IMG/VR virus record: IMGVR_UViG_3300050821_001592
Coordinates: 1 to 64,000 of that record
Length of the DNA: 64,000 bases
Source of the DNA: a virus
Strand: one strand, 5' to 3'
Shown here: positions 18,512 through 27,920 of the stretch, in pieces
Numbering within the stretch: position 1 is the stretch's first letter
Layout of the letters: every line of letters starts with the position of its first letter
Translations under genes and position numbers: made by a program
The notes under the pieces: model-generated
The model's database searches: none
Seen by the model: only the letters and a program-made list of their open reading frames with translations
What the model was told of the DNA's origin: nothing

Positions 18512-20564
18512 ATCCAAGAAACTCTGCGTACACTGCGATGTCATACACCCCGGCTGTCGGCGTGCCTGCCGTATACCCGAAGGAATACGATATAGCCGTT
18601 GCTGCCCCAGCGTAACAGTATTGGTCGCCGCTGATTGTATCTGCCGTGGATGTGCTTACTCCAACTTGAGGCGAACTAAAAGACGTAGTCTTAGTTACCG
18701 TGTCGCCGTTGGCGTTAACGAACGTTATTTGGAACCCGGTGGTGCCGCCTAGTACGGAACCCGCAGAACCCGCAGTAGTTGTAGTAGCTACGAAAGAAAT
18801 CCGCCACATGCCAACCGCAGGCGTCGACGCCACTAGGCTTACTGCTGACAGAGCTGCCGATTGTGCTGTCTTTAGGTTGGTGCTTATAGTCGCTGCCAAA
18901 CCGTTTTTGGTGGTTGTGTTGCCTGCGATAACTGTTGCTACCCCACTCGTGTTAATCGATAACTTGCTTACGGAGCTGTTTTGGAGGTCCAGAAACAAGT
19001 TTACCCCGGCGGGAGCTGCGGTCATCGTGGGGTTGATTTTCAGTGCGGTGAAGTTACCACTGCTGCCCGCTGCATTGATGATAGGTGAAATCTGAGTAGC
19101 GACAAAAGATGCCGAACCTGTTGTCGGGTGGAAATTTAAGTTACCCAAACCGGAGGTATTGTTTCCGTTGCCGATATCCACGCCGATGGTCGTACCCGTC
19201 GTCGGATTTATCGTAGCACTCGAATTGTTCGTCAGAGTGATGCAGGCCGCGTTCGCTGTAGCGGCGGTAAAACCCAAGAGAAAAATCGGAGCACCAGAGT
19301 TTGCTGAGGCAGTGGCCATGCCGAAGATTACGTTCCCGCCACCCGAACCCCATGAGATAGAACCCTGCTGTGTTAGTCCGCCTTGTTGGGTAAAAGATAC
19401 GCCCCCGCCATTACCGTTGAAATCCAGCACCAAATTGCTTGAGGGTAAACTCTGGATAGCTTGCATAACAACGTAAGCTGGGGTTGTCGACGAGCCGCTA
19501 TGTTTAATAAACAAAGCAGACTTCGGGTTCGGTATTGTAGGCGCTGGATTGTTGGTCGACGCACCACTGGTGCCCGTCTGAATCGTCCATGAATCGGGAA
19601 TTGAAGCTGCGTTCGTTCCGCCGCCAACCGTGCCTGCCAGTACGATTGCCGGGGATTGCACGACCGCCGATGAAATCGCAGTACCTGCATGCGTCTCGTT
19701 GACACCCGAAGCGTTGATAACAGTAAAGGTCGTTGTGGTCGACGCCGTAATGGTGAACGTCCCGTTGTTGCCCGCGTTCGTAAATCCTGCAACAGTGACG
19801 GAAGCATTATCCCAAGCGTTTGAACCCGCGCCGGATTCCGTGGTAAACGTATACGTAGTATTGCTCCCCGAACGGGTGGCTTGAGTCAGAGCTAAGGTCG
19901 TAACAGGGCCTGTGACGGTCGGGGTTGTGTTCTGTAAGGTAAACGTTGGGAATACGGTTGCCGTACCCATAGTCAGCGTCGTGTTGAATGTGCCGTTTGT
20001 CAGCGAGAGGTTTCCCGTAGCATTGGTAAGGCTGCTCCATGGCAGCGTGTTAGCGGGGGTTGTCCAGTAAGTAAACCCTAAACCATTGGTCGTCAACACC
20101 TGACCCGATACTCCGGGGGTTTCGGGAAGAATGAGGTTCCAATTTTGGGTCGCGCCCGACAAAATGGTTGTGTGAAACAGGTCGTACGCTGAATAAGAAG
20201 TCGACCCAAACAGAATGAGCGCGGTAAGCCCGAGTCCTCCGCTTACATCCCCTTGCGAACCGTTACCCACTGCGAGAGTATCTGATGCGAGCCATGACAA
20301 CCCCGCCGTGCCGTATCCATACCCTTCGAATTCAATCTCTTGTCCGACGGGTATTACAATCGTCCCCGCAGCGTTAATCGTGGCCGCTGAGCCGCCGAAG
20401 GCCCCCGCGTTGTTGTACTGGATGTCTCCGTTTGAACCCCCCGGAACGGTAGCGGGTGTTGTAGGTATCGTGAAACTGATGACTCCTTGGGACAACGATA
20501 CGGAGGAAATCCCCGTGATATCAAGCGCGGAGATTCCAAGAAGATTGAGAACAGTTCCGGCCAT
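18510..20564 (-). CDS. Tail fibre / receptor-binding protein
   Basis: G/S/T-rich beta protein; PGGSNGDIQYNNAGAFGG and GQVLTTNG fibre motifs. Confidence 0.75.
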   Translation of the reverse strand: MAGTVLNLLGISALDITGISSVSLSQGVISFTIPTTPATVPGGSNGDIQYNNAGAFGGSAATINAAGTIVIPVGQEIEFEGYGYGTAGLSWLASDTLAVGNGSQGDVSGGLGLTALILFGSTSYSAYDLFHTTILSGATQNWNLILPETPGVSGQVLTTNGLGFTYWTTPANTLPWSSLTNATGNLSLTNGTFNTTLTMGTATVFPTFTLQNTTPTVTGPVTTLALTQATRSGSNTTYTFTTESGAGSNAWDNASVTVAGFTNAGNNGTFTITASTTTTFTVINASGVNETHAGTAISSAVVQSPAIVLAGTVGGGTNAASIPDSWTIQTGTSGASTNNPAPTIPNPKSALFIKHSGSSTTPAYVVMQAIQSLPSSNLVLDFNGNGGGVSFTQQGGLTQQGSISWGSGGGNVIFGMATASANSGAPIFLLGFTAATANAACITLTNNSSATINPTTGTTIGVDIGNGNNTSGLGNLNFHPTTGSASFVATQISPIINAAGSSGNFTALKINPTMTAAPAGVNLFLDLQNSSVSKLSINTSGVATVIAGNTTTKNGLAATISTNLKTAQSAALSAVSLVASTPAVGMWRISFVATTTTAGSAGSVLGGTTGFQITFVNANGDTVTKTTSFSSPQVGVSTSTADTISGDQYCYAGAATAISYSFGYTAGTPTAGVYDIAVYAEFLG

Positions 20565-20571
20565 AGGACTC

Positions 20572-21000
20572 CTAGATAGCGGTCTCTACTGTGTAATACG
20601 CTGTGACTACGAGGGTGCCATCGCCGTCAGCGACGTCTGTAGACGAAGTCACCTGAATCGCTTTATTAGAGAGCTGTGACACCGGAAGAGGGGCGTCATT
20701 AGCGTTTAACGACTGGAGTATGGCGGATAGCCCGCCGACCATAGAGACACTCTGGTCAACTAGCCCTGTTTGTAGAAGAGAAATCATCGTGTCTGAAGGA
20801 TTTCCTTGCGGGGCGAGGGCGAAAATATCAGACGGGTCCGCGATGGTGTACGGGGTCGATACAAAGACATATTCCATCGTGACGGATATGAGATTGACGT
20901 ATGTCCCTGCGCCTGTCGGGGGTATGATGGTTATAGGCGTTTCTGTCAACGCGAGAAGTTCAGCGGAAGACAGTACGACGGTAGCAGATTGAATAGCCAT
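20572..21000 (-). CDS. Virion structural protein, paralogue of the C-terminus of 21009-21926
   Basis: Shares IIPxxGAGT and YYTVE motifs. Confidence 0.7.
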   Translation of the reverse strand: MAIQSATVVLSSAELLALTETPITIIPPTGAGTYVNLISVTMEYVFVSTPYTIADPSDIFALAPQGNPSDTMISLLQTGLVDQSVSMVGGLSAILQSLNANDAPLPVSQLSNKAIQVTSSTDVADGDGTLVVTAYYTVETAI

Positions 21001-21008
21001 GTTTCTCC

Positions 21009-21926
21009 TTAGTGAATCGATTCGACCGTGTAGTACGAGATGACCCGTAGGGTGAGCGTCCCCGTGAGGCCCCGAGAGGTGCTAAGCATATACGGTTGAT
21101 TGTTGAATAGCGATACGGCCAACGGGGCCTCCCCCTCCGTTTCGGAAGTCTCGTTTGAAAACAAGCTGGATATTCTTTCTGCTGAGTTGAGCACGAGGAC
21201 AGCATCGACATTAAATTCTGGTGTGTTGTTCGCGAGAGCCTGCGGGGGTCCAAGATTGAATTTAACCCCGGTACCGTCAGGTGTTCCGGCGCTGCTTTGG
21301 AACACCATATTTACCACATTGATTCTTGTTCCCGCGCCCTGAGCGGGTATTATTTGAACAGGGACAGCTAGGGAGTTATTTAAAGCACTAGCCGGGATAT
21401 CTACCTGAGCCCGTTGGAGTCCCACCGGAATAGGGATTGTACCTGTTACGACAAGTTGGATGAAGGTGTACTCCATATTAGGGATTGGGACACGCGACGA
21501 AGAGCCAAGGACTGTTATCGTGTATCTTCCTGCGGGTACGGAACTATCCACCGTTATAGTGGCTAGACTGGTGGTAGTCACGAGAGACGGTGCAAACGTC
21601 ACTGTTACCCCAACCGGGGTTCCAAAAACCCGTAGTGATTCACTATTAACCCCTAGGAGATTAGTCAAATCTATGGTCGTTGTACCCACCCCACCCGGAG
21701 AGACTATTACGACACTAGGCACGGTTTGTAAAGAAAAAGAAACCTGATTCCCGAACATATTAGGGGTCGGCGACCCTGACACCGGATTCCCGTTTAGGGT
21801 GGAGTTGGATTGGGGTATTACGTTTCCAAAAGGCTCGGGCTGACCAATCAGATTTCCAAAATTGTGAGGCAGGGTCATGGGAGTTCCGTTACGAAAATCT
21901 CCAGACCTTACGAGTCCTTGAGGCAT
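21009..21926 (-). CDS. Virion structural protein with Ig-like domain
   Basis: GVTVTFAPS...VPAGRYTITV. Confidence 0.7.
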   Translation of the reverse strand: MPQGLVRSGDFRNGTPMTLPHNFGNLIGQPEPFGNVIPQSNSTLNGNPVSGSPTPNMFGNQVSFSLQTVPSVVIVSPGGVGTTTIDLTNLLGVNSESLRVFGTPVGVTVTFAPSLVTTTSLATITVDSSVPAGRYTITVLGSSSRVPIPNMEYTFIQLVVTGTIPIPVGLQRAQVDIPASALNNSLAVPVQIIPAQGAGTRINVVNMVFQSSAGTPDGTGVKFNLGPPQALANNTPEFNVDAVLVLNSAERISSLFSNETSETEGEAPLAVSLFNNQPYMLSTSRGLTGTLTLRVISYYTVESIH

Positions 21927-21935
21927 GACATCTCC

Positions 21936-22613
21936 TTAATATTCAAATCCGACAATAACAACGGTTACGACAGCGGTTGTAGCACTCGCTAATTCTGAGA
22001 TGCCGATTTGTTGCCCGCCTGTAATCTCCATACCGTCGGGGAAGTCCACGCTAGCCTGTGCCCCCAGCCCGCTCGTAGCAGCGGACGTAGCGGCTTCCAA
22101 TTCAGCGATGATGTCAGAGCCGACAGCGACAGCCCCGCCGCTCGCAGCACCCTCCCGCACCCGAATCGCGGCGTTGACCAACGCGGCTGAGTTGCTCGTA
22201 ACGCCAAGGAATACGGACTGAATGCGAAATGTCTTACCGGAAGTAACGGTGTACGATGTACCCGTAGTTGGGGCCGCATCGCCTTTTTTAATCGTCATGG
22301 TGACGAGCGCCTCGGAGGTTATCGCGGCTGCTTTAGTCAGGGTGAGTATTACCTTTGACCGTCCGCTGTCTTTGGCGTCTTGAACACAGAGGAGGTAGGT
22401 CCCTTGTGTTCCTTTCGGTTGTACAGCAGCTACCTGCGTCCCCGTTGTGGGGTCCTGAATCTGTATTGCCATTTGAGATACCTGTAAATTCCCACCACTA
22501 AAACCTACGAACAACTGTCCAGTGTCAACGGCTAAATAGAACTCTCCATCCCCGAGAGTAGGTATGTTCGCTAACACACCCCGCAACATCTGAATAGCGA
22601 TATTACGCGGAAT
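21936..22613 (-). CDS. Tail-fibre-associated protein (probable ATT start at 22613)
   Basis: IQMLRG...GEFYLAVDTGQLFVG fibre N-terminal motif. Confidence 0.65.
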   Translation of the reverse strand: MPRNIAIQMLRGVLANIPTLGDGEFYLAVDTGQLFVGFSGGNLQVSQMAIQIQDPTTGTQVAAVQPKGTQGTYLLCVQDAKDSGRSKVILTLTKAAAITSEALVTMTIKKGDAAPTTGTSYTVTSGKTFRIQSVFLGVTSNSAALVNAAIRVREGAASGGAVAVGSDIIAELEAATSAATSGLGAQASVDFPDGMEITGGQQIGISELASATTAVVTVVIVGFEY

Positions 22614-23158
22614 TAGAAAGTTCCGCAATCGACGAGGGTGAGGGATGAACCCGCGCCGATAGTTGCTGGGAGTTGAGTCTGGGCGATAGAACCGGAAACA
22701 TCCGCGAACGCAGGCTGAGATAAATGTTGCACGCCTGACGTATCGACGTATGCGACCCATTGGTGGGCTGTTCCTGAAGATAGCCCTTGAATCGCGGTTC
22801 CTAACACCCCGATTTGAGTCCAGTTAGCGAACGTCGCATAAGCATTGACGACAAACGCCGTCAACATGAAAACTTGATTGATATCCGTGCGTACGCAGAT
22901 GTCACCTGTCATCGCCCCGGAGAGCGCAATCTGTGCGGCTTGACTAGAAGCTGTGAAAACTTGAGTACCTGCGGCGGAACGTATCCACGCCTTCCCAGAA
23001 CCCGGATTACCGATACCTGCGGTGCCTGACCCTTGGTCGATATACAGCGCGTTCGTGTCTGTTGCGAGGGCGAGTACGCCTGCTTGGCCCGTCGATGCTA
23101 ACGCGGAGAGGTTAGCTTCTACGCCCCGATAAAGGGCGATTTTAGTGTTGAGTGCCAT
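22613..23158 (-). CDS. Tail-fibre-associated protein
   Basis: IALYRG...LATDTNALYI, GDICVRTD, C-terminal DCGTF. Confidence 0.75.
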   Translation of the reverse strand: MALNTKIALYRGVEANLSALASTGQAGVLALATDTNALYIDQGSGTAGIGNPGSGKAWIRSAAGTQVFTASSQAAQIALSGAMTGDICVRTDINQVFMLTAFVVNAYATFANWTQIGVLGTAIQGLSSGTAHQWVAYVDTSGVQHLSQPAFADVSGSIAQTQLPATIGAGSSLTLVDCGTF

Positions 23159-23167
23159 ATAGCCTTT

Positions 23168-23359
23168 CTAATACGTTCCCCCGTCCACGAGTGTTTCGGA
23201 GATAGACCCCGAAGCCGAAGACATCACAGAACCATCGGAGAACTCAACGGTCCCGAATACGGCTTTTGTTGCAGCAAACCCGTCGTCTGTGACTTCAACG
23301 ACACCGCTCTGTGTGTTACAGACCCACGGAGCTATAATATTTATTGGTTGTTTATTCAT
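23168..23359 (-). CDS. Small virion protein
   Basis: VEFSDGS motif; C-terminal VDGGTY. Confidence 0.65.
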   Translation of the reverse strand: MNKQPINIIAPWVCNTQSGVVEVTDDGFAATKAVFGTVEFSDGSVMSSASGSISETLVDGGTY

Positions 23360-23365
23360 ATTGAT

Positions 23366-23440
23366 TGGCTGGCGCGGCAGGACTCGAACCTGCAACCACG
23401 CGGTTAACAGTCAGTCGGATTGCCGCTATCCTACCCCACA
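23366..23440 (-). tRNA. Chimeric or pseudo tRNA-Asn (GTT)
   Basis: Intact D arm GGAT/ATCC, loop CTGTTAA, T arm GCAGG-TTCGAGT-CCTGC, G73 and CCA; acceptor and anticodon stems each have three mismatches. Confidence 0.75.
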
Positions 23441-23736
23441 ACAGCGGCGAGCCCGTCCTCAACTTCTCGGTGGCAATTCGCACAGAGTAGGACGGTCTTC
23501 GCGAGTTCTTCCTGTATCTTCGTCCAGCTTCGGGTTAGGCCACGCTCGCTTAGAGCGAAGCCCTTCTCGTCTGGGTCGATATGATGGAATTCCAGTGCCC
23601 GAATACAGCGACTATATCCGCAAAGTTGACACCTGCCGCCCTTCAAAGCTACTGACATCTGTTTCAATTTCTTACGACGCTTCTTCACCGCTATCATGTT
23701 TTCAACACGACGGTCGGCGTACGTTCTAATCTCCAT
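23431..23736 (-). CDS. HNH homing endonuclease associated with the tRNA
   Basis: KGGRCQLCGY...LEFHH...LLCANCHRE; its stop codon lies inside the tRNA 5' end. Confidence 0.88.
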   Translation of the reverse strand: MEIRTYADRRVENMIAVKKRRKKLKQMSVALKGGRCQLCGYSRCIRALEFHHIDPDEKGFALSERGLTRSWTKIQEELAKTVLLCANCHREVEDGLAAVVG

Positions 23737-23846
23737 GCTGCACCGCCTTCTTGGCGATGTAGCCCAACAGCAGTGTGCCAGCCACTCGGTTTAAGTCCGA
23801 GAACTTACCTCGCCACGTTTGTTAGTCGTGACGCTACACGCCAGAG

Positions 23847-24572
23847 TTAGAACCCGGTTTCGGTCTTAACGAATTGTCGGGCAAGAAATCCCGTCACGAA
23901 TCCAATTTCGAACCACTTACGCCTGCCCTTACGAGCGGCGTCTTTCGCGACCTTGACCTGTTCCTTGCAAACTTGAGCATCGTCGACGGCTTTGAGCTTC
24001 AAGCCCGATACCTCTGTATTTAAGTCCGAGACTTGCTTAGCGTCTGCGGAGAGTAGAGAAAGGGCGTCTGTGGTTTGCTGGGTGCTGTTCGCGAGCTGTT
24101 GTGTTAACACAGGGACTTGTTCAAGAACATCAACCGTGGCGTGGGCATTCGCGGGAGAGACATCCACCCCTCCATCGGGGGTCATCGGAGCGCCATCGAA
24201 CTTAGCTTGAGGGACTAGTGTCTGCCAACGTGCGATTAGTTGTGACGTAGTCATGACATCGTCCGTCTTTTGTTGTTTCGCCAAAGCGGTAGACAGCGCA
24301 GTATTCGCTTGTATCAACGCGGCATCTTGTGCTTGCATTTTCGCTTGCAGTGCATCAAATGCAATTCTATCCGAAGCGACTTGTGCAGCAATCGCAGCGT
24401 TTGCGTCTGCTTGTGCTTTATCGGCGAGGAGGGCCTTGCCGTATTCTACGTTGTCGTGAGCGGCTATGGTAGACTCGACCTTGCCCGCGACTCCGAAGAC
24501 AAGCCCGGCTGCGAGCACAACCATCAGAATAGTTTCATGAGCTTTGACGAATTTTATGTATGACTCAAGCAT
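23847..24572 (-). CDS. Spanin-like (Rz-like) membrane coiled-coil protein
   Basis: GGAG RBS; N-terminal TM, Ala/Gln coiled coil, hydrophobic C-terminus. Confidence 0.55.
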   Translation of the reverse strand: MLESYIKFVKAHETILMVVLAAGLVFGVAGKVESTIAAHDNVEYGKALLADKAQADANAAIAAQVASDRIAFDALQAKMQAQDAALIQANTALSTALAKQQKTDDVMTTSQLIARWQTLVPQAKFDGAPMTPDGGVDVSPANAHATVDVLEQVPVLTQQLANSTQQTTDALSLLSADAKQVSDLNTEVSGLKLKAVDDAQVCKEQVKVAKDAARKGRRKWFEIGFVTGFLARQFVKTETGF

Positions 24573-24715
24573 GATTACTCCACGTATCCCAGAATCGCTT
24601 CCTGTGTCGGGTTGAATCGGGCACACCAATCGGTAGCGAGAACCTCCCCCGATACGACACCGCTCGGGCCCCTTGGCCGGATGTTCAAAGGCCACTTGTT
24701 GTTTCGTGAACATAT

Positions 24716-24880
24716 CTACTCCTTCCGCAAAAGCTGTTGTAAAAGCTGTTGTAAAAGCTGTTGTATATCTTCCGGTAGGCTGCGGCATAAATGCAGCTCA
24801 GGATAGTACGGAAAAATCAAACGGAGAAGGTATTCCGATGTCTCTAGGCTGACCCATCCCGTACGGGAGATTTCAATCAT
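24716..24880 (-). CDS. Hypothetical protein (54 aa) with a QQLL repeat
   Basis: GGAGG RBS; MIEISRTGW...QQLLQQLLQQLLRKE. Confidence 0.5.
   Translation of the reverse strand: MIEISRTGWVSLETSEYLLRLIFPYYPELHLCRSLPEDIQQLLQQLLQQLLRKE
24729..24764. repeat. Perfect 12-bp tandem repeat, three copies
   Basis: AAAAGCTGTTGT x3. Confidence 0.95.
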
Positions 24881-24934
24881 AGGCCTCCGATAAAAGCTCG
24901 GTCGTCGGGGTGTCCTCTAAATTACAATGGCGGC

Positions 24935-25426
24935 CTATACCGTATTACCGATTACATATGTATCTTGAGTGACCTTTTTTGCTGCTCCATCTCGGAACTT
25001 CTTATGTCGCTCCTGCATTGCTGGGATTTTTGACGCGACATAATCCAACGCTTTCGCATAGAGAGACGTTGAGTTCCCCACAACAGGTCGGTCATCTATT
25101 AGATTGCCTGTTGTTTGGGCGTCGAGAAGAATGCCCATACACGCTCTAGCGTGACCAAGATGGTGGCATCCAGAGTCTTCGGCCTCTTCTTGGCCTTCGA
25201 ACCACAAGTCGAGGTGGCGCTTCGCCGCCGCTACATATATCGACGCGATAACTTTATTTGCTCTCCAGTTAAACGGGTCATATTTGCCCGCGCCGTCCAT
25301 CATAGCAAGACCTTCCCATGCGAGAGCGATAGCGGGGATTTTTGTGACGTCTACCTTCTTAGCTCCTAGAATGTCCTTAGGATTACTTCCCAAGGCTTGT
25401 GAGGTTGGCGCAACCGTCGTGGACAT
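24935..25426 (-). CDS. DUF5664 dATP/dGTP diphosphohydrolase
   Basis: NPKD, GAGKYDPFNWR, AAKRHL, EDSGCHHLGHA. Confidence 0.85.
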   Translation of the reverse strand: MSTTVAPTSQALGSNPKDILGAKKVDVTKIPAIALAWEGLAMMDGAGKYDPFNWRANKVIASIYVAAAKRHLDLWFEGQEEAEDSGCHHLGHARACMGILLDAQTTGNLIDDRPVVGNSTSLYAKALDYVASKIPAMQERHKKFRDGAAKKVTQDTYVIGNTV

Positions 25427-25913
25427 CTCTTTCCTCCGATAGGTATTTCTTGACTTCATCCCACGTCCCAAAAAGTTTGACAGCCGGATACACCGAGGTC
25501 ACTCCCGCCCCGTCGAGATAGTGGAACACGTTTTCTTTCTTACCGAGTATGATGAGTTCTCGTGTGGGTTTGCCAAAATCTAAAGATTGAGCAACCGCGA
25601 GTCCATATACAAACCCCGATTCGAAATGTCGTCCTCCTCTCGAAGACGCCGCAACCGTCGCGTCAATGAGCATCTTGTCTTCCGGCACGGTCAGGACGAC
25701 TTTGTCAGCCCGAAGGATATCTTCTAGGTCCGCGACTGCGGTCTCACGAAGATATTCGTCTGTGCATTGTTGGAGAGTAACGTTGTGCGGAACTTTCTCG
25801 TCCGCCCACCGCGAGGAACAGGCGATGCCAAGGAGTGCCAGCTCCTCGGCTCGCTGTTTAACACGGTCCTTGTCCGAGAACATGGACGCGATGTATACCG
25901 TTAGGGGCTTCAC
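25383..25913 (-). CDS. Nucleoside 2-deoxyribosyltransferase / nucleotide N-glycosidase family protein
   Basis: VYIAS, DLEDILRAD, GGRHFESG. Confidence 0.8.
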   Translation of the reverse strand: MKPLTVYIASMFSDKDRVKQRAEELALLGIACSSRWADEKVPHNVTLQQCTDEYLRETAVADLEDILRADKVVLTVPEDKMLIDATVAASSRGGRHFESGFVYGLAVAQSLDFGKPTRELIILGKKENVFHYLDGAGVTSVYPAVKLFGTWDEVKKYLSEERDVHDGCANLTSLGK

Positions 25914-26155
25914 AGGCCCAACTCCTTCAATTGACTCGGCTTGCCTTCGTTTATGATAGAGAACCCTGCGAAAAGGTTCATCAACTGCATCGTGGCAATC
26001 TTCCCGACGTCCAGAAACATATACGGGATGAGGAAAGTTTCCTCTTTCAGTTGCTTCGGGTCGTTCACGAGACGAGTGAAGACCTTGACCTCTGTAAGAG
26101 TCCCGGCTCCGTACGTGCCGTCTAGCCTAATACTCGTTGGTTGATTTTCATCCAT
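25910..26155 (-). CDS. Hypothetical protein
   Basis: GGAGG RBS. Confidence 0.6.
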   Translation of the reverse strand: MDENQPTSIRLDGTYGAGTLTEVKVFTRLVNDPKQLKEETFLIPYMFLDVGKIATMQLMNLFAGFSIINEGKPSQLKELGL

Positions 26156-26192
26156 ATCCCCTCCAGAATTTAGATTCAAAAGATTGACGAGG

Positions 26193-27866
26193 TTACGCCC
26201 GCCATCTTTCTCCACGCTGAGTAACTATCGCACGCTGTCCGTTGTCGTATTGCAGGACGTGACTGTGAGACCACGCACTCGGGCCAACAGTATACCCCCA
26301 CTCTTTCGTCAACACGGTTGACGTACCTGCAACATAGAGTCCGTGGAATATGCCTGCGGTGTGCGTGTGGGCTGTAGTGGCTTTCACGCCAATTTTACTG
26401 AGGTTGTTAGGTGACCCATTGGCCCCGTTCGCCCCGACGTGCCCGTGCATGTCCAGTGCGACCTCTCCGACGAAATATGGCTCGTCGGGGGTTAGGAAGG
26501 TCACTGCGCCTTTCGGAAGGCCCGCTTCATTAACCATCGCCCGTTCGACGAGATTGACGTCCTTAGGCAATTTCCCCTTACGGATTTCCGAATACATGAA
26601 CTCCTGCAATCGCAGAAATAATTCGGCGTTCGCGGGGTCCACCCGATAATCGAATTCACTCAACCAACGCTTCAACCATTTACGGTCATGATTAGCATCA
26701 GGAACGACGGTCTTGCACCACGGACGAAGGTATTTTTCAATAACGGCTTTCGTTCGTTTGAATTCCTCATCAACCCGATGCAAACCACGTAGCCAATTCG
26801 CGAACTTCTCGTGGTTGTCTTTATATTTCCGGTCATGGGGATTAAAACCCGCACCTTCGAATAAGTCATGAAGTGCCTGATGCCCCGGCTTAAGGGTGTC
26901 GAGCATTTCCATCGCAGCGGACGTAACTCTCGGGTCTGCTTTTGTAGCGTGGATGTCTCCCCATGTAATGGCGGCAACTGTTGCTTTTGTAGAAGTAACA
27001 ACCCCGTCCTCGACAAGGACATTCAAGTCTTGAATAACACGACCATTCTTACGAGCGGCAACTTGACGGACCCACCAATTTCCCTTACCGTCGACTTCTA
27101 CGATGAGGAAGGCATAGCGATGGTGGTGTTCTGCCTTCTGGCCGACCTTCTTCTGGATATAATTGAGTTGAGTGACCGCGCCTGTCGTATACAGCATTTT
27201 AACCGGGCGGTCGGGCGGCATCGCTATAGAGCGCATCTCAATCTTCGTGTGAGGCACTATGATGCTGGAACTGCCTTTATGAGATTCGAGCCCCGACAGA
27301 GGCTTGTCCTCCGTCGGCATGATGTTCATTTCTCCACACCACAGTAAGTCAGGCGCGAGCAAAACGGCGGAATCTTTGATGAAGGGCTGAATCTTCTCGT
27401 CAAACCACAGAGTGTACTCGTACGGACGCTTTGTTCCGCGCTTTACTGCCAACTTACCGTAACGATTCTGGTTGTATGAGAACGTCCCTATCATGACTTG
27501 GGCGTCGTAGTGTTTCGAGAACGCGAGAACATTAGCCCAAAAAGCCTCGTGAACGTGCGTATTGTTTTGAGCAGAAGTCAGGATATACCGCTTAACATCC
27601 TTCGTGTTGGGCAACGCGGCCCGTTCTTCTTTGGATTTCAACTGTCCGCCTGCTAGCGGCTTACCGATGCCTGCCTTGCGCTGGGTCGGGGTTAACTTAT
27701 CAGTGATTGCGGAAAGGATGTCATCGTGTTTCGAAAAAAACTTCGAACGCTGTTTATCTGTAAAAACTGACTTAGCTCGGAGATAATCACGAGTAAGCGG
27801 ACCCTGAAGAGTCAACGCGACCCTCAAAGCGTCATCAACAATCTGGGATTTCGTCACCTTTGTCAT
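26193..27866 (-). CDS. T5 A1-like large metallophosphoesterase / nuclease
   Basis: TSAQNNT, GDIH, HD, NHD, HGH and AHTH motifs. Confidence 0.7.
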   Translation of the reverse strand: MTKVTKSQIVDDALRVALTLQGPLTRDYLRAKSVFTDKQRSKFFSKHDDILSAITDKLTPTQRKAGIGKPLAGGQLKSKEERAALPNTKDVKRYILTSAQNNTHVHEAFWANVLAFSKHYDAQVMIGTFSYNQNRYGKLAVKRGTKRPYEYTLWFDEKIQPFIKDSAVLLAPDLLWCGEMNIMPTEDKPLSGLESHKGSSSIIVPHTKIEMRSIAMPPDRPVKMLYTTGAVTQLNYIQKKVGQKAEHHHRYAFLIVEVDGKGNWWVRQVAARKNGRVIQDLNVLVEDGVVTSTKATVAAITWGDIHATKADPRVTSAAMEMLDTLKPGHQALHDLFEGAGFNPHDRKYKDNHEKFANWLRGLHRVDEEFKRTKAVIEKYLRPWCKTVVPDANHDRKWLKRWLSEFDYRVDPANAELFLRLQEFMYSEIRKGKLPKDVNLVERAMVNEAGLPKGAVTFLTPDEPYFVGEVALDMHGHVGANGANGSPNNLSKIGVKATTAHTHTAGIFHGLYVAGTSTVLTKEWGYTVGPSAWSHSHVLQYDNGQRAIVTQRGERWRA

Positions 27867-27889
27867 GAGCACCTTTCCCCCACATTTCA

Positions 27890-27918
27890 ACAGTACTATA
27901 CTTTCGTGCTATTGTCAA
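27890..27918 (-). promoter_or_regulatory. Sigma70-type promoter for the A1-like operon
   Basis: TTGACA-17 bp-TACTGT, intergenic. Confidence 0.6.
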
Positions 27919-27920
27919 CC

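Noticed and set aside
23440-23843. Group I intron splitting tRNA-Asn
   Set aside because: No group I core was recognised, and joining the candidate exons still leaves the anticodon stem unpaired
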